Of a stretch of DNA of 64,000 bases, positions 63,746-64,000 are shown piece by piece. The stretch spans positions 27,838,001 through 27,902,000 of the forward strand of contig OY740811.1 in the NCBI GenBank assembly GCA_963514005.1, given 5' to 3'. Source of the DNA: Raja brachyura. Taxonomy: Eukaryota. Each line of letters opens with the position of its first letter. The first letter of the stretch is position 1. Under the pieces are notes generated by a model that was given only the letters and a program-made list of their open reading frames with translations, was not told where the DNA came from and did not search any database. Made by a program: the position numbers and the translations under genes.

Positions 63746-64000
63746 AAGTATTTTTAAACACAGAGAGTAGCGGGGTCTGGAACGCAAAGTCAGTGGTGAA
63801 GGCAAATACGATAGAGGCTTTTAGATAGCCACAAGAAATTGCAAAAGAAAATGGACAAAAAAATAATTGGTCTTTATCCCCTTCCTTTTGCAGATATCAA
63901 CCTTCTTGTAACTACAGTCTCATGACTATAATCCTTATTATTGCTAGTATCACTGTGACCGTCAAATAAAGAAACTAATTTGAACCACTGATTCTGACAG

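Overview
Vertebrate genomic DNA, almost certainly from a cartilaginous fish and probably a skate or ray. This is inferred from HE1-type SINEs, HER1/CR1 LINE 3' ends, Penelope GIY-YIG fragments and Deu-domain SINEs. Much of the window is transposon relics. One host gene runs on the minus strand: nine GT-AG-bounded, phase-consistent exons (62603 down to 15607) encode about 271 aa of a Gfo/Idh/MocA-family (YteT/StrI-like) NAD(P)-dependent oxidoreductase. Its 5' exons lie beyond the window and I could not find its 3' exons. The most striking signal is self-cleaving-RNA architecture in very small retroposons. Two ~160-175 bp elements with different sequences (31686-31858 + and 28775-28936 -) each start exactly at the G1 of a minimal HDV-like ribozyme with fully covarying helices, end in an AAG/GAA tail, and have 11-12 bp TSDs. 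A separate Penelope-derived family carries minimal hammerhead motifs. Other items are a Helitron-like 3' end with an internal satellite, a GC-rich composite TIR element in two inverted copies, a Harbinger MITE, a Rex1/Babar RT relic, a 42-bp duplication around a CR1, and a near-perfect 253-bp local duplication. Repeat-family names come from recognition, not database searches, and repeat boundaries are approximate unless a TSD or TIR is given.
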